From Octopus bimaculoides (taxonomy: Eukaryota), in NCBI RefSeq assembly GCF_001194135.2, contig NC_068990.1:94048201-94092019 (forward strand): a DNA stretch of 43,819 bases, read 5' to 3'. Shown piece after piece: positions 11,441 to 23,958 of this stretch (positions are counted from its first letter, which is position 1; every line of letters starts with the position of its first letter). Made by a program: the position numbers and the translations under genes. The notes below the pieces were generated by a model that saw only the letters and a list, made by a program, of their open reading frames with translations, made no database searches and was not told where the DNA came from.

Positions 11441-11554
11441 TCAAACAATATGATTGGATTTATATCATCTTTTAAATATTTTCTGCAGTTACATGGTACA
11501 ACAGTCTGAAAATTATATATTAAATTAGTTATTTATGTACTAAATTAAAGTGAT

Positions 11555-11960
11555 TGTGCATGCTAGTTGTTCCAGTGTTTGGCTCAGGATCATAATGACA
11601 TGGGATCAATTCCTGGACTGGATGACATGCTCTGTCCCAAGATAAAGTATGCTATTTTACATGGCTTCAGTCCACTCAGCTGAAAATGAGAACCAGTTAG
11701 CCCTCTCTTACCAGCTGTTTCATCCTAGACATTCTGCTAGGCCAAGGATGGGAGTTCAAGAGTGTGTCTATATCTGTCCATAACAACATAGGCACCTAAA
11801 AACAATGAGTGAAAGTATGGTACATGCCCCATTTTTTTTATGAGATTAGCAACCAAATGTCTTACCCAATATTTAACCCTAAAATTAGGGTAATATGCAA
11901 GGCCCAAAAGTAAAGTCAGCCTTAGCAAGATTTGAACCTAGGACTTCAAGTACTGAACTC
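11555..11960. mobile_element. Two degenerate SINE fragments (+ then -)
   Basis: gggatcaattcctgg...ccagtccactcagctg on plus; gccttagcaagatttgaacc as a reverse B-box. Confidence 0.45.
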
Positions 11961-12130
11961 TGAATATAATAAAACACTGAATGCACTGCTATAGTGTCAT
12001 AGACATCTCTTTTATGCCCTGCTTCAACAAGAATAACATATATGGAACTATATTAAAATGGAACAAGAACATTCTTGGCAATTATATACCAATAGTCTTT
12101 TATTATGGGATGAGAGAATGAAAATAACTA

Positions 12131-12353
12131 ACTTTTTTTTATGCCAACCTACCTGAAATCACATCTGGTTCTATGCTATAGACTTCTTGTTTTGAAATAA
12201 TCTTAAGTTAAAACCTTCCGTCAAAATTTCAAATTAATTTGTGTTCCAAACACCAGCTTAATAACGTTAGTTATTTTACTTAATTCTTTATTAATTTCAA
12301 AATTAATTGAAACAAAGGCAGTGTATTTCAACAGACACATGGTTGTGTAACGG
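12131..12353. mobile_element. piggyBac-like MITE, family C copy 2
   Basis: Body nearly collinear with 3460-3644; ends cgg|ttaa. Confidence 0.6.
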
Positions 12354-13157
12354 TTAAATAATCAAATTACCCAAGAAAATATATTTAGAAAAACTGCAAA
12401 AATATATAATGAACTTAATGGTGCAGCATTTTTACATTCTAGAACAATTGCCTGACAGAGTGCTGTCTGGGTGGCCAGAATACTAAATAATGTGCAAGAA
12501 AAACTAGAAAATTGGACAAAGAATTCTATACTAAAAGGTCTTGTAATTTAATGCTCTCAGAGTAACTATGTTATTTCTCTCAAGTTGAACCTCTCCCATT
12601 CTGAGAATGGTAACTCACTTAAACAACCAATATAAAAGCTTGTTTGGAATTATGAGAAAAACAAGGCTATATTCTTTTCTGGTAGATCATATTTAATTAA
12701 GTGCTGTGACATACAATATATGTGACACTAATACAGTTATGGACAAATTCTCTAAATATCACAGTATCTGCAATCAAAGAAACCTAACAACTTCACCCAT
12801 TTTTTCTCTGCTGTGAGACATAGTGAGGAAAAGTTATCTAATTAGGAAAAAGAAAAATTAAAAACGGTACATTAGTGTTGTCTTCTAGTTGAAACCAAAG
12901 ACTGGAGTCAAACTCTTTTTCATTCCAATAAATACATTCCAAAAGTTACAATACTTTTAGTCTTTAAGACAATAACTAAACAATCACTAAAGTGGAGCTA
13001 AAAAGTGATATGCATCCATACTATTTCAACTCTGCAGGAGATAAAGCATTCACACCAAACAGCTGCAACGACCAGTTTATGTTGTTTTATTCTTTGAATA
13101 AAAATCGCAATGCGTTCCTTCACCACAATATGAAGATATGATATCAAAACACATGTG

Positions 13158-13213
<56 letters not shown>

Positions 13214-13507
13214 NNNNNNNNNNNNNNNNNNNNNNNNNNNNNNNNNNNNNNNNNNNNNNNNNNNNNNNNNNNNNNNNNNNNNNNNNNNNNNNNNNNNNNN
13301 NNNNNNNNNNNNNNNNNNNNNNNNNNNNNNNNNNNNNNNNNNNNNNNNNNNNNNNNNNNNNNNNNNNNNNNNNNNNNNNNNNNNNNNNNNNNNNNNNNNN
13401 NNNNNNNNNNNNNNNNNNNNNNNNNNNNNNNNNNNNNNNNNNNNNNNNNNNNNNNNNNNNNNNNNNNNNNNNNNNNNNNNNNNNNNNNNNNNNNNNNNNN
13501 NNNNNNN
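13214..13507. other. Assembly gap preceded by (TA)n
   Basis: N run. Confidence 1.
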
Positions 13508-13588
13508 AAGAGTCTCCAACTTTGCATTGTATCTGCACCAACTACTGTCTATCTCTCTCTCTCCTCCCCTCTCTCTTTCTTTCTCAAT

Positions 13589-13622
<34 letters not shown>

Positions 13623-13925
13623 ACCATCATCATCATCATCATTTAATGTCTGTTTTCCATGCTGGCATGGGTTGGATAGTTTGACAGGAGCTGGTAAGGC
13701 CAGGAGCTGGTAAGGCCAGGAGCTGGTAAGGCCAGGAGCTGTGCCAAGCTCTACTGTCCATTTTGGCATGGTTTCTACAGCTAATCATCATTTAATATCC
13801 ATTTTCCATGCTGGAATGGACTGGACAGTTTGACCGGACTCAGTGAGCTGCAAAGCTGCATCAAGCACCAATATCAGCTTTTGCATAATTTATACAGCTG
13901 GATGCTCTTCCTGAGGCCAACAACT
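13623..13925 (-). mobile_element. Two tandem RTE-associated 3' tail repeats (family B), each starting at an (ATC)n-type tail
   Basis: catcatcatttaat..ttttccatgctgg occurs at about 13640 and again at about 13790. Confidence 0.7.
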
Positions 13926-14214
13926 TTACTCATTGTACTGATTGCAATGTTGTCCCTGCTATTTTCTTTCCACAACTATTAAGAACAAAAAAGCATTTAA
14001 CCCCTATAAATCACTGGAAAAACAAATAAAAATGAAATCTTTCTCGTGAGAAAAGCCTATTCACCTAAAATGTATTCCTTTTTCAGATCATAATTATATT
14101 ATTAAATTATTATTTCATTTGAATCGTAACTGGGAACTGGGAATCATCTGCAATCTTTGAAATAATGAAGGGGTAGGTCAGAAATAGAAATCTTACAAAA
14201 TGAATAATCTTTTC

Positions 14215-14425
14215 TATTAAAGGCACAAGGCCTGAAATTTGGGGGAGAGGACCAGTTGATTATATCAATCTCAATGTTTCACTGGTACTTAATTCATTGA
14301 CCCCCAAAAGGATGAGAGGCAAAGTTGACCCCAGCGACATCTGAACTCAGGAGGTGAAGACGGATGAAATGCTGCAAAGCATTTTACCAGCATGCAAACG
14401 ATTCTCCCAGCTCACCACCTTAAAA
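14215..14425 (-). mobile_element. tRNA-derived SINE, near full length
   Basis: aggcacaaggcctgaaattt tail through attctcccagctcaccacctta head. Confidence 0.8.
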
Positions 14426-14439
14426 GTAATAATAATAAC

Positions 14440-14650
14440 AATTTTGGGGGAGGAGGAAAGTTGATTACATTAACCCCAGTATGCAACTGGTACTTTATTT
14501 TATTGACTCCAAAAGGATGAAAAGTAAAACTGACCTTGGCAGAATTTCAACTTAGAACATAAAGACTGATGAAATGCCATGAAGCATTCTGCCTGGGGTG
14601 CTAACGATTCTGCCTGGGGTGCTAACGATTCTGCCAGCTGGCCACCTTGA
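14440..14650 (-). mobile_element. tRNA-derived SINE with internal 21-bp tandem duplication
   Basis: Same family as the adjacent copy; attctgcctggggtgctaacg is repeated. Confidence 0.8.
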
Positions 14651-15972
14651 TGATGATGATGATGATGATGATGGTTGCTTCCATCGGTTTTGACAAATGG
14701 GTGTTTGAAGGAGAAGACTTGAGTAAAAAAGAAATACTAAGGAGCTGCATCTATTTGTGATGGGCACGTGAATGTAATTTGAGTCCAGATAGGGATTTTG
14801 CTATGAAGTCGCAATGGGGACATTGATAATTTTGATTTTAATAATAATAATAATAATAATAATATGAATGTTTAAAAAAAAAGAATAATAAACAACTTTT
14901 TTTCAAAAAAAACAAAATATGCAAAAACAAAATATGGATCCAAATAGAAAGGAAACGATAGAAAAGAAAATGTGTAGAAGGTATTCACTTGTAATATTTT
15001 TGTTTAATCCAAGATCAATTTCCAAAAACTTGGCTCAAATTCTTTTCTTAGAATACTCAAGAAGAATGTCCAGCTTTATTGCTTTTATAGCAATCAGTGG
15101 TCAATGATTGTGGGACTCAGTTGAGTTTAGTTCAAATTACAAAATTTATAGCATGACACTTTAATGTCCAAAATTCAAGATTTCTGCACTAGATGAAAAA
15201 AACAAAACAAAAAATCTCTCACAGGAATGAAAGACTAACTTATGATTACATCTGTCATAAATCTACCACATGTGTCAATTGTCATGACTATGGAAATTCA
15301 GTTCTTATTTCTCTACAAATAAATAAGCAATATTTTACTTGCTCATTTGACTCTAAAGCTAAAATAAAACAAAAAATTTTTAAATCAAACAAAAACTGTG
15401 TATTCACAGATGTCTGCATGTATATGTATGTTTTAAGAATAATTTTCATTAGAACAATATTTGGACAAGTAATAATATACTGACAACAACCCATGTACAA
15501 CATTGAAGCAACAGAGAACAAATACTTATTGTAGCTTCATAGAATCATTTTCCCACAAGACCTGGACTTTCAAAGAATGGGATAAAAAGGGGGGGGGGTT
15601 CTTTTTCAGTTTTGGCTTTCATTTATATTCTCCATTCACATAGATACTAGCAAATTTATTCATTTATTTTTTTAGTTGTTTCAGGGGGGAGGGGGTTATT
15701 TTCTATTTTTGTAGGTAGTGAGCTCTTTTTTCAACTTAAAATAGTCTCACAATTATTTATACAAAACGTAACGAGAAATGTAAACTGTTGATCAGCATGT
15801 GAACCTATTTATAAGATTAAGTGAAAACTTGGAAATAATATGCATTGCAGAAACCCTATGAATATCAGAAGAGATGTTTATTGTGGGTTCTTACAACAAC
15901 ATACAATTTAATGAAAAAAAAAGGTGGATAAAATAGCAAAGATAAAATATTGTGTGTGTGTGTGAACATGGA

Positions 15973-16190
15973 TACGGGTGGGTAGTGATAAGTTCCTGGC
16001 TTTTGGTTAAAAGAAAATATAGGAAACTCGGTTAAGATTTTATTCAACATGTTCTCCTCTCAGATTCACACACTTATTGCAGCAGTCCTTCATTTTTTCT
16101 GAGTCCTGTAAAAGAACTCAGAAGGTTGGGTCTCCAACCAGGCCTTTCACTATACTCCGAAAGCCAGAAACTTTTCAGCACCCCCTCATA
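15973..16190. mobile_element. Mariner-type MITE (TA-flanked)
   Basis: ta|cgggtgggtagtgataagttcctggcttt ... aaagccagaaacttttcagcaccccctca|ta imperfect TIRs of about 30 bp. Confidence 0.75.
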
Positions 16191-16210
16191 TGTGTGTGTG
16201 TGTGTGCATG

Positions 16211-16247
<37 letters not shown>

Positions 16248-17122
16248 TTGCATTCATAAGTGCTTCTCCATTCTTCGCCGTATCTGAGTAAATACAAATC
16301 TGTGTAAGAATGTATCTAACACACACACACACACACACACAAAGTAATGGAAATATAAATGAGTGAATAAGTAACTAAGTGTGCTTAGAATATAAGCACT
16401 GACCCAATATATATATTACAGAACAAGTGACATGACTATGAAGTATAATACTCCAAAGAAGATAATTAAAGAATAATAAAAATTAAGTGCAAATGTTTTA
16501 ATTAATATTTAGCAAAGACAATTTTACCCCCAAAACAGCAGTTGTTATTAGCTCCAAACACTGCAAATGTTGGAGAGTGGGTCTTTGAAAACAAAATAAA
16601 GAAATATTATTCCTTTCAAACACTTTACTTTCTCTGTTATGAAGAAAAGCTGGGTAATTGTGTTGCTTAGATTGTTGAAGCGTTCATTTTTTCCCAGCTT
16701 TGATTTCTTTTTTAATGTTAACCTAGTAACTATTAAGTGCTACTTATTTTTCATGTTGTCTAAGACAAGTAGAATAATGAGTGTTATTTAGTGGTACAAC
16801 TTAATGCTGGTGGCAGTATGTAAATGACTGACATTTAGGCTCTGTACTTCACAATATCTTATCCTCTCTATGTCATACATTGTACAAGCATTCTGAATAG
16901 AGCAAAGCTATCAAACCTTTCACCACATTTTACAAATAGTGTTCTATGAAAAAATAAATGTGCTCTGACCATTTTCAAAGAACATGATGACCAACAAGTA
17001 GAAAGGGACACAGTTAAAGAGCATCACGTAAGTGGGTGTCACAATAATACATCAAGTATAAAAAATGCTAATATAATTTGGGGTGAGAAAGGGGGGAACA
17101 AAAAACAAAATCTGCTGATGAC

Positions 17123-17330
17123 TATCATCATCATTTAACATCCACTTTTCCATGCTTGCCCGAGTCAGATGGAATTCTAAAAGGCAAACATTCTACAGGG
17201 AAGATGCACTTCCAGTCACTGACCCTTACATGGCTTCAAGCTAGAAAATACTCTCTCAATGCCCAGGTTTTACATGAAACACTAAAAACAAACAAACAAC
17301 ATTTGTATGACAGTGATACTTGTTTACAAT
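17123..17330 (-). mobile_element. RTE-associated 3' tail repeat, degenerate
   Basis: catcatcatttaacatccacttttccatgcttg. Confidence 0.55.
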
Positions 17331-17384
17331 CATCAAAACAAAGCTATTCACACACACACACACACACACACACGAAAGTGTATG

Positions 17385-17610
17385 GCTAGTGGTTAGGGTG
17401 TTACATTCATTGTCATGAAATTATGGTTTCAATTCCTAGAGTAGGTGATGCACTGTGCTCTTGGGCAAGACACTTCATTTCATGTTGCTCCAGTTCACTC
17501 TGCTGGCAAAAAATAATCCTGCGATGGACCGGCATTTGGTCCACGGAAGAATATATACTGCAGAGAAGCTGAGAAACCAGCCTTATGAGCCCCAGGCTTG
17601 GGAAGGAACT
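17385..17610 (+). mobile_element. tRNA-derived SINE, degenerate
   Basis: tggctagtggttagggtg A-box-like, ggtttcaattcc B-box-like, cttgggcaagacacttcatttcatgttgctccagt body. Confidence 0.6.
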
Positions 17611-18339
17611 TTGATCCTTCAATTCTTTGATACACACATGCATGCGTGCGTGCACACACACACACACACGAACAACATAAGAATTAGAATTGGAAAATCT
17701 AAGCATTGTGCTAGCATGCCATATATTAAGTAAGTAGTTTTCAAACGTACACAAATCAGCTGATAGAATCTTTTGTTAATATTCAGTCTTTGGCATTCAA
17801 AAGTTTGTATTAGAACTCCAATACTTGGAACAACAGTTTGTTTGTTAAGAAGATGCTATTTTGTATGAATAAACACTAGTATTTTTAAATTTTTAGTATT
17901 TTCTCCAATTGGTAAGAATATTACAATATTGAACATATGAACAACAGACAATAATGCTATTGTTAACATAATACTGTGGAAGTAATATGAAGTAAAGAAA
18001 AGAAATGATTCACTATTTTCCAAAGAAAGCGAATCTAATACACTAAATACATCTAATAAAGAAAGTGCTAAATTGGAACCAAGCAAAGAAAATAGGAATA
18101 ATTAATTTCGGGCATATAATTAACAAGCTTTGTAAACCCATAGCTTTCCTACTAACCATTTGCATTTCACATATTTTCTAATTAATTGAAAACAAAAAGC
18201 AGAAACTAATTCAACTTATTCTAATCCATCTCAAGAAAGGAGAGATTATCAACTCAGATTTTCTGTTCATGAAAAACAACTCAAAAAATAAAGTTACAAT
18301 TAAAAGCAAAGTTTATAAATCACAAAATAATAATAATAA

Positions 18340-18560
18340 TAACAATGGTTTCAAATTTTTCCACAAGGGCAGCCATTTTGGAGGAGGGGATGTGTTAATT
18401 ACATTGACCCCAGTACGCAACTGGTACTTAATTTATTGACTCTGAAGGATGAAAGGCAAAGTCGACCTCAGCTGAATTTGAACTCAGAATGTAGCAACAG
18501 GTAAAATACCACCTTATATTTCGTCCAGCGCACTAACGATTCTACCAGCTACCTACCTTA
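18340..18560 (-). mobile_element. tRNA-derived SINE flanked by (ATT)n on both sides
   Basis: ggatgaaaggcaaagtcgacctcagctgaatttgaactcagaa body; (aat)n at 18325-18340 and 18562-18581. Confidence 0.8.
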
Positions 18561-18581
18561 ATTAATAATAATAATAATAAT

Positions 18582-19075
18582 GTATGACCCAATAGCCAGA
18601 ATGAAGATTGCAAAATCCTGTGAGATGCAATGATTCTTCAGATTAGATATTGGAAATCTGACATTGTTGTGATGAACAGGAAAAAAAAAACCTGCATGAT
18701 AATCAACAGAGCATGTCCTAGTGCCATCAAAATCAAAGACAAAGAGGAAGAAAAAGTAAGGAATAATGATGTATTGAAGTGGGAACTACACAGGTTGTGA
18801 GCAATGAAGAGAGTGGATGTGATACCAATAGCGATTGGTGCATTTGGAAGCATCAGAACTCAACGACCAACATGACTCAAAAAGACTGGTGCAAATGTAA
18901 AGAGAGAACACCTCAGCATTGGAATTGCAGGGTTCTTGAAGAATGGTCAATAGACAAGTGTCACCCTAGTCTGCTGGCTGTGGACAGCTGACACTTTCCA
19001 TCATACCCAGCAAAATAAGCTGAAAGTTTTCATCAAATAATGATGATAATAAATAATAAATAATAATAATAATAA
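18582..19075 (+). mobile_element. R4/Dong-like non-LTR retrotransposon, 5'-truncated copy 2 (more decayed)
   Basis: Collinear with 7740-8232 (gaagattgcaaaatcctgtg, gtgataccaatagcgattggtgcatttggaagc, gctgtggacagctgac); (TAA)n on both sides. Confidence 0.8.
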
Positions 19076-19344
19076 TGCCATCTTATGTCTATGTTTGCAA
19101 AGATAGATGAACTTCATTGAGATACATTTTCTGAGACTGGATGCTTTTCGTTTTACCAACTCTTGCCTGTTTCTAAGCAATGTAATATTTCTATTAATCC
19201 TGTCAACATGAACAGGACAATGGCCAGATATGTTTTCATGGAAGATTGCAAACAAATGATATCACTTGTATGAAGATGGTGCTCATTTACAATTATTGTT
19301 GTGATGCGAAGACCAAGAGAGATGCGCGCGCGCGCGCACACACA

Positions 19345-19480
19345 ACAGACTTCTTACAGTTTCCAACGACCAAATTCTTTCTCAAGGCATTTGTTGGCCT
19401 GGGCTATAGTCGAAAACACTTGTCCAAGTTGTCACACAATGAGATTGAACCCAAAACAACAAGTAAACACCTTAACCACA
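19345..19480 (-). mobile_element. SINE fragment
   Basis: accaaattctttctcaaggcatttgttggcctgggctatagtcgaaaacacttgtccaag...gagattgaacc, shared with 34505, 36650 and 39400. Confidence 0.6.
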
Positions 19481-19596
19481 CAGGGATGCCCAAGTCTACA
19501 CATACACATTTATAAAATCTCAGAGTCCTAAAGTATGGCAACCCAACACATCTCACTCAGCTCTGTTGTTTAAACCTTTTAATTATTAGAGTTGCA

Positions 19597-19637
<41 letters not shown>

Positions 19638-20824
19638 TAATAATTGCAAATACTTTAGTGTGCAAACATGAAAGACTTAGAGGTAGAAGCAACAACAAAA
19701 TAACTTGTAAAGAGAGCAGAGAGATTAAAAGATTACACTTAAATCCTGATGAATAAATATATCAAGTGTTATGACAGCAAAAAGCCATTGTTTAGAATGA
19801 GTTTTATGGTTAGTTTATATTCTGGGTCAATAAATAAATGTTATAGGATGCACCAAGGCAAATTCGAACAGTTCATAAATACAAACAAATATTTCTACAT
19901 TCGCGTAGCACTTTTGAATATCACAGCGGATGTATATATATAATAGATGATATAGTATGAGGCAGCCTTAATAGAAAAAGTGAAATAGTTAATATGAAAC
20001 TTGAAAGCTTACATTTAATAAAAAAAATAAAAACAGAAAATTCTATTATGAAATGTAAAACAAGTCACAAATATGAAAGTAGACAATCATTAGATTTTAT
20101 AAAGCTGTTTGTCTGTTTTACTTCTTTTCTTTTTCTTTTTACTCAAAACAAAAATATTATTTTCCGCTATATTTGGAACTAGAAAGAAGTGTTCTGATTT
20201 ATCAGTCAGGGCCTTTCTTGCATCTCAGACTCTAAAATCACTCTTGGTAAATAGTCCAGAGTCTATTTTTAGTGTTATATTTTATCACGGTGCTGCCAGA
20301 GGAGGGGAAGAGAGGGAGAGAGAGATCCAATAAACATGGGACCAGACCACTAAACCAGATATACTAATGTTAAGGGGTTTAAGACCAAAAGACAGAGTGG
20401 ATGAGAGAAAGATAAGATGGCCTCAATGCAAAAAGAGAAGAAAAAAACAGCTAATGTCAAACTTTCTCTAATCAACCAACAACTATAAGCATGGGAAAAG
20501 CAACCCTTATCCCCTCACCTCACAACTAATTTTCCACTTCTTTTTTTTTTTTTTTTAAAGATGTTTTCAACTTAACAAAAACAGAACATTTCTCTACTTC
20601 CTATCACTGACACTTGCTTTCAAAGAATTACAGATAATATGTGGCCAATTTTTGAAAAACTCTTCTTTTAGCCTAAAAACACACAAAATATTCAGTTTGT
20701 TCAAATCTCAAATAACACAGCAGAAGATAAACTTTGTCAAATGTTATACGAAAGAGAATAGCATACTGCATCAACAGAAGATGGCATCTTTACAAAAATA
20801 ATTCTCCAACATCTCAACTATTGA

Positions 20825-21030
20825 CCCTTTTAATACCAACCTACCTGAGATTATCTCTAGTGGATTTCCTGTTTTAAAGTGATTTAAACTGAAATCTTCC
20901 ATCAAAATTTCAGGCTAATTTATGTTTGAACACCAACTTAATAATGACAATTTTCTTACTAAATTCTTCATTAATTTTCAAAATTAATTGAAACAAGTTG
21001 TATTTCAAAAGAAACCTGATAACAAAAGGC
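20825..21030. mobile_element. piggyBac-like MITE, family C copy 3
   Basis: ttga|cccttttaatacc ... aacaaaaggc|ttaa; body matches 3460-3644. Confidence 0.65.
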
Positions 21031-21127
21031 TTAAATAGCTACAATATACAGACTACTACTACTTCATTATGCTTTGACTAAGGGCTGGGAACAACATTTT
21101 CAGCAACCTAGTTGTCTGTCCTATTTC

Positions 21128-21335
21128 TTTTCCACGCAAGGTACAAGGTCCGAAATTTTCTGGGGAGGGGGGCCAGTTGATTAGATCGACCCCAGTACAC
21201 AACTGGTACTCAATTTATTGACCCTGAAAGGATGAAAGGCAAAGTCAACCTCAGCGGAATTTGAACTCAGAACGTAAAAACAGACGAAATACCGCTCAGC
21301 ATGCTAACGTTTCTGCCAGCTCTTCCACCTTGGTC
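21128..21335 (-). mobile_element. Young tRNA-derived SINE with 14-bp target-site duplication
   Basis: gtctgtcctatttc at 21114-21127 and 21336-21349; CpGs retained in the body. Confidence 0.85.
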
Positions 21336-21677
21336 GTCTGTCCTATTTCACATTTTTTATAACCATTGTAAAAAATATCCTCAAATCTCTATAAACAACC
21401 TCTCTTTATAACAAGATGTACATCTTATCATCACTTATCAAGAGTCAACTGCATTTCAATGACACCAACAGTTTCCCATTAACAACTGTGCAACTCTCAA
21501 CGACTGACATTGCTGAAATCTACTTCTTCCTCCTCATGTCAGCCCCCCCCCCCTCTCTCTAACCCATATAACAGAAACTGTACACATCTGCCGTTATCTC
21601 ATTAAGATTCTAAATGAAGAATTTGTTGTGAAAGTTAAAAATTTAATGTTTCTTTCCCATGATGCAAAGTTGGTTAC

Positions 21678-22160
21678 NNNNNNNNNNNNNNNNNNNNNNN
21701 NNNNNNNNNNNNNNNNNNNNNNNNNNNNNNNNNNNNNNNNNNNNNNNNNNNNNNNNNNNNNNNNNNNNNNNNNNNNNNNNNNNNNNNNNNNNNNNNNNNN
21801 NNNNNNNNNNNNNNNNNNNNNNNNNNNNNNNNNNNNNNNNNNNNNNNNNNNNNNNNNNNNNNNNNNNNNNNNNNNNNNNNNNNNNNNNNNNNNNNNNNNN
21901 NNNNNNNNNNNNNNNNNNNNNNNNNNNNNNNNNNNNNNNNNNNNNNNNNNNNNNNNNNNNNNNNNNNNNNNNNNNNNNNNNNNNNNNNNNNNNNNNNNNN
22001 NNNNNNNNNNNNNNNNNNNNNNNNNNNNNNNNNNNNNNNNNNNNNNNNNNNNNNNNNNNNNNNNNNNNNNNNNNNNNNNNNNNNNNNNNNNNNNNNNNNN
22101 NNNNNNNNNNNNNNNNNNNNNNNNNNNNNNNNNNNNNNNNNNNNNNNNNNNNNNNNNNNN
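21678..22160. other. Assembly gap
   Basis: N run. Confidence 1.
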
Positions 22161-22479
22161 TAAATCAATCTGATAAACTATGGAAGGCAAAACAACAGTA
22201 AAAACTAAGTATTAACAATGAAGTAAAGTTAGCCGAGCTACACTGACAGTCGTCACAATTGAACTCTAAATAACAATGATAATGAGGATTTACGAGAGGC
22301 CGAGAGATTAAAGTGAAAAAAAAAATCATCTTTGGACCAAATACCAGTATTACTCAAGATTGCAAACACATTAACAAAAAACCCATGTCTGATAACCAGT
22401 GCTAGGTGGCAGCTGTGTGTTGTACCCAGCTCATAAAATAAACCAGCCTCTAAAGTAAATTGTATTTTGCATGCTGGTA

Positions 22480-23350
22480 TTTATCCTAATTAAGGCCCTT
22501 GCTTACTGTATTGATGATATTGTGTTTGGTATCATTTTAAAAGAGGTCTTTGATTTCATTGGAACCCATTTTGTGGGTCCTTCTGACAAATAGAAAGTTG
22601 TATGAGCCTTTTCAAACCCACCAACGACAGTAAATAGAGAGCAATCATCTTGAAAGAAAACTGTGAGGGAACATTTTCATGCAAACTCAAAGAAAGTTAT
22701 CAACACAGCTGATGACATTGGTGCCAATGTGCTTTGTCCTAGCTTCCAGGACACTACCTCCTCTATCAAGCAAAAATGTGGGATACAAAACTACACACAC
22801 TTTGTAGACACCAGCAAAGTGGCAGCAGAATCGCGATGAGTTGCCTGGCTGACACAGCTTGTCAGAGTATTCGTCAGTCAAGGCAGGTGGAGTGCACTGA
22901 GGATGGCGAGCAGAGAGACTTCGTGTTACTTGACCAGTCACAGAGGAAGTGAGTAATGACCGGTCAGAGAAAATTGGTCAGTTCAGCAGACAATTGTAGA
23001 TTTCTAAGAGCAGCACTACTAATTCTTTGGCATCAAAATAGAAGAGGCTGAACCCAATTGGCTGGTACTGTCTCTTCATACCTGTTCAATAAGCCAGCTA
23101 ACTGGAAGTGCTACCTGCAAACTCTGTGGTGCAAAGTCCTTCTGAAGAATGTGGATGGACAGAGGGTGCAAGCTGACTGAGAAATGAAGGAGTAGAGGAT
23201 TCCAGAGATTGTTCTGGCAAAAAAGCAAAAGGATTAGCTGCAGCTTGGGAAAAGTGGGAGAATTTTAGGGGCTGAGTGTGATGCTTGAAGGTATCTGGTG
23301 TGGTTTGGATGGTTGTTTTATTGGGTAAATACACTGTACAGTCCATAGTG
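22480..23350 (-). mobile_element. Probable heavily decayed LINE ORF2 fragment (endonuclease end / linker)
   Basis: GC-richer block; minus translation has FSDRSLLTSSV (compare the APE SDH motif) and MKMFPHSFLSR; many stops, weak similarity only. Confidence 0.3.
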
Positions 23351-23730
23351 TTTGAGGGGGGGGGGGTACTGAAAAGCTTTTTTATATATATATATATATA
23401 TATATACTTGAACTGATGCAGCACAATAATGGTCTTAGGTCACTGAGTTTTTTTGGGGTTTTTTTGTGCGTGGGATGCAGAGGAACACACCTCCCTGTTT
23501 CTGATAGGTCAGGGTTGAAGAACATGTGCTACCAGGGATAATTAGCATATAACTCGAAGTCTAACAAGGTAACTGACTTAAAATGCAAGGGGTCTGGGGA
23601 AGAAGCAGTGTGTAACTGTGTGTTGGCTACTGTTGCTAACGGTTACGCAGCTATCAATGTTTATCATGTATAAAAAATATAATCTACATACATGGATCCT
23701 TTCAAAAATAAATAACTTTTGTTACCTTAA

Positions 23731-23958
23731 CCCATTAAAGTCCCAGAGTACTTAAATTTCTGAATATTACTTTTAAATTTTCACAGATGATTGAAAATAA
23801 GTTAAAATGGAAAAATTTTTTTATTAAAACTCCTTTACTTCAAGTAGAAATGGAAATATTCAGTGTCCTATTTATAGGACACTGAGACAATGTGATATAG
23901 TTTATTTAATGTTCTCATTTGGTGTCTTCCTATTTATAGGACAGTGGGACTTAATGGG
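23731..23958. mobile_element. piggyBac-like MITE, family D, with intact TTAA TSD
   Basis: ttaa|cccattaaagtccca ... tgggacttaatggg|ttaa; TTAA at 23727-23730 and 23959-23962. Confidence 0.8.

Noticed and set aside
12998-13646. Long ORFs in the track here and at 21594-22201 and 39786-40697
   Set aside because: They are artefacts of reading through N-gaps and microsatellites
16981-17027. Plus-strand exon-like segment HDDQQVERDTVKEHH ending CAC|gtaagt
   Set aside because: Weak AAG acceptor and no consistent plus-strand exon chain
17897-17911. 15-nt plus-strand micro-exon-like motif (ttttag|...TTG|gtaaga)
   Set aside because: Isolated; expected by chance in AT-rich DNA
23098-23424. 108-aa minus-strand ORF
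   Set aside because: Starts in a (TA)n repeat, has no recognisable domain and lies within a probable decayed LINE
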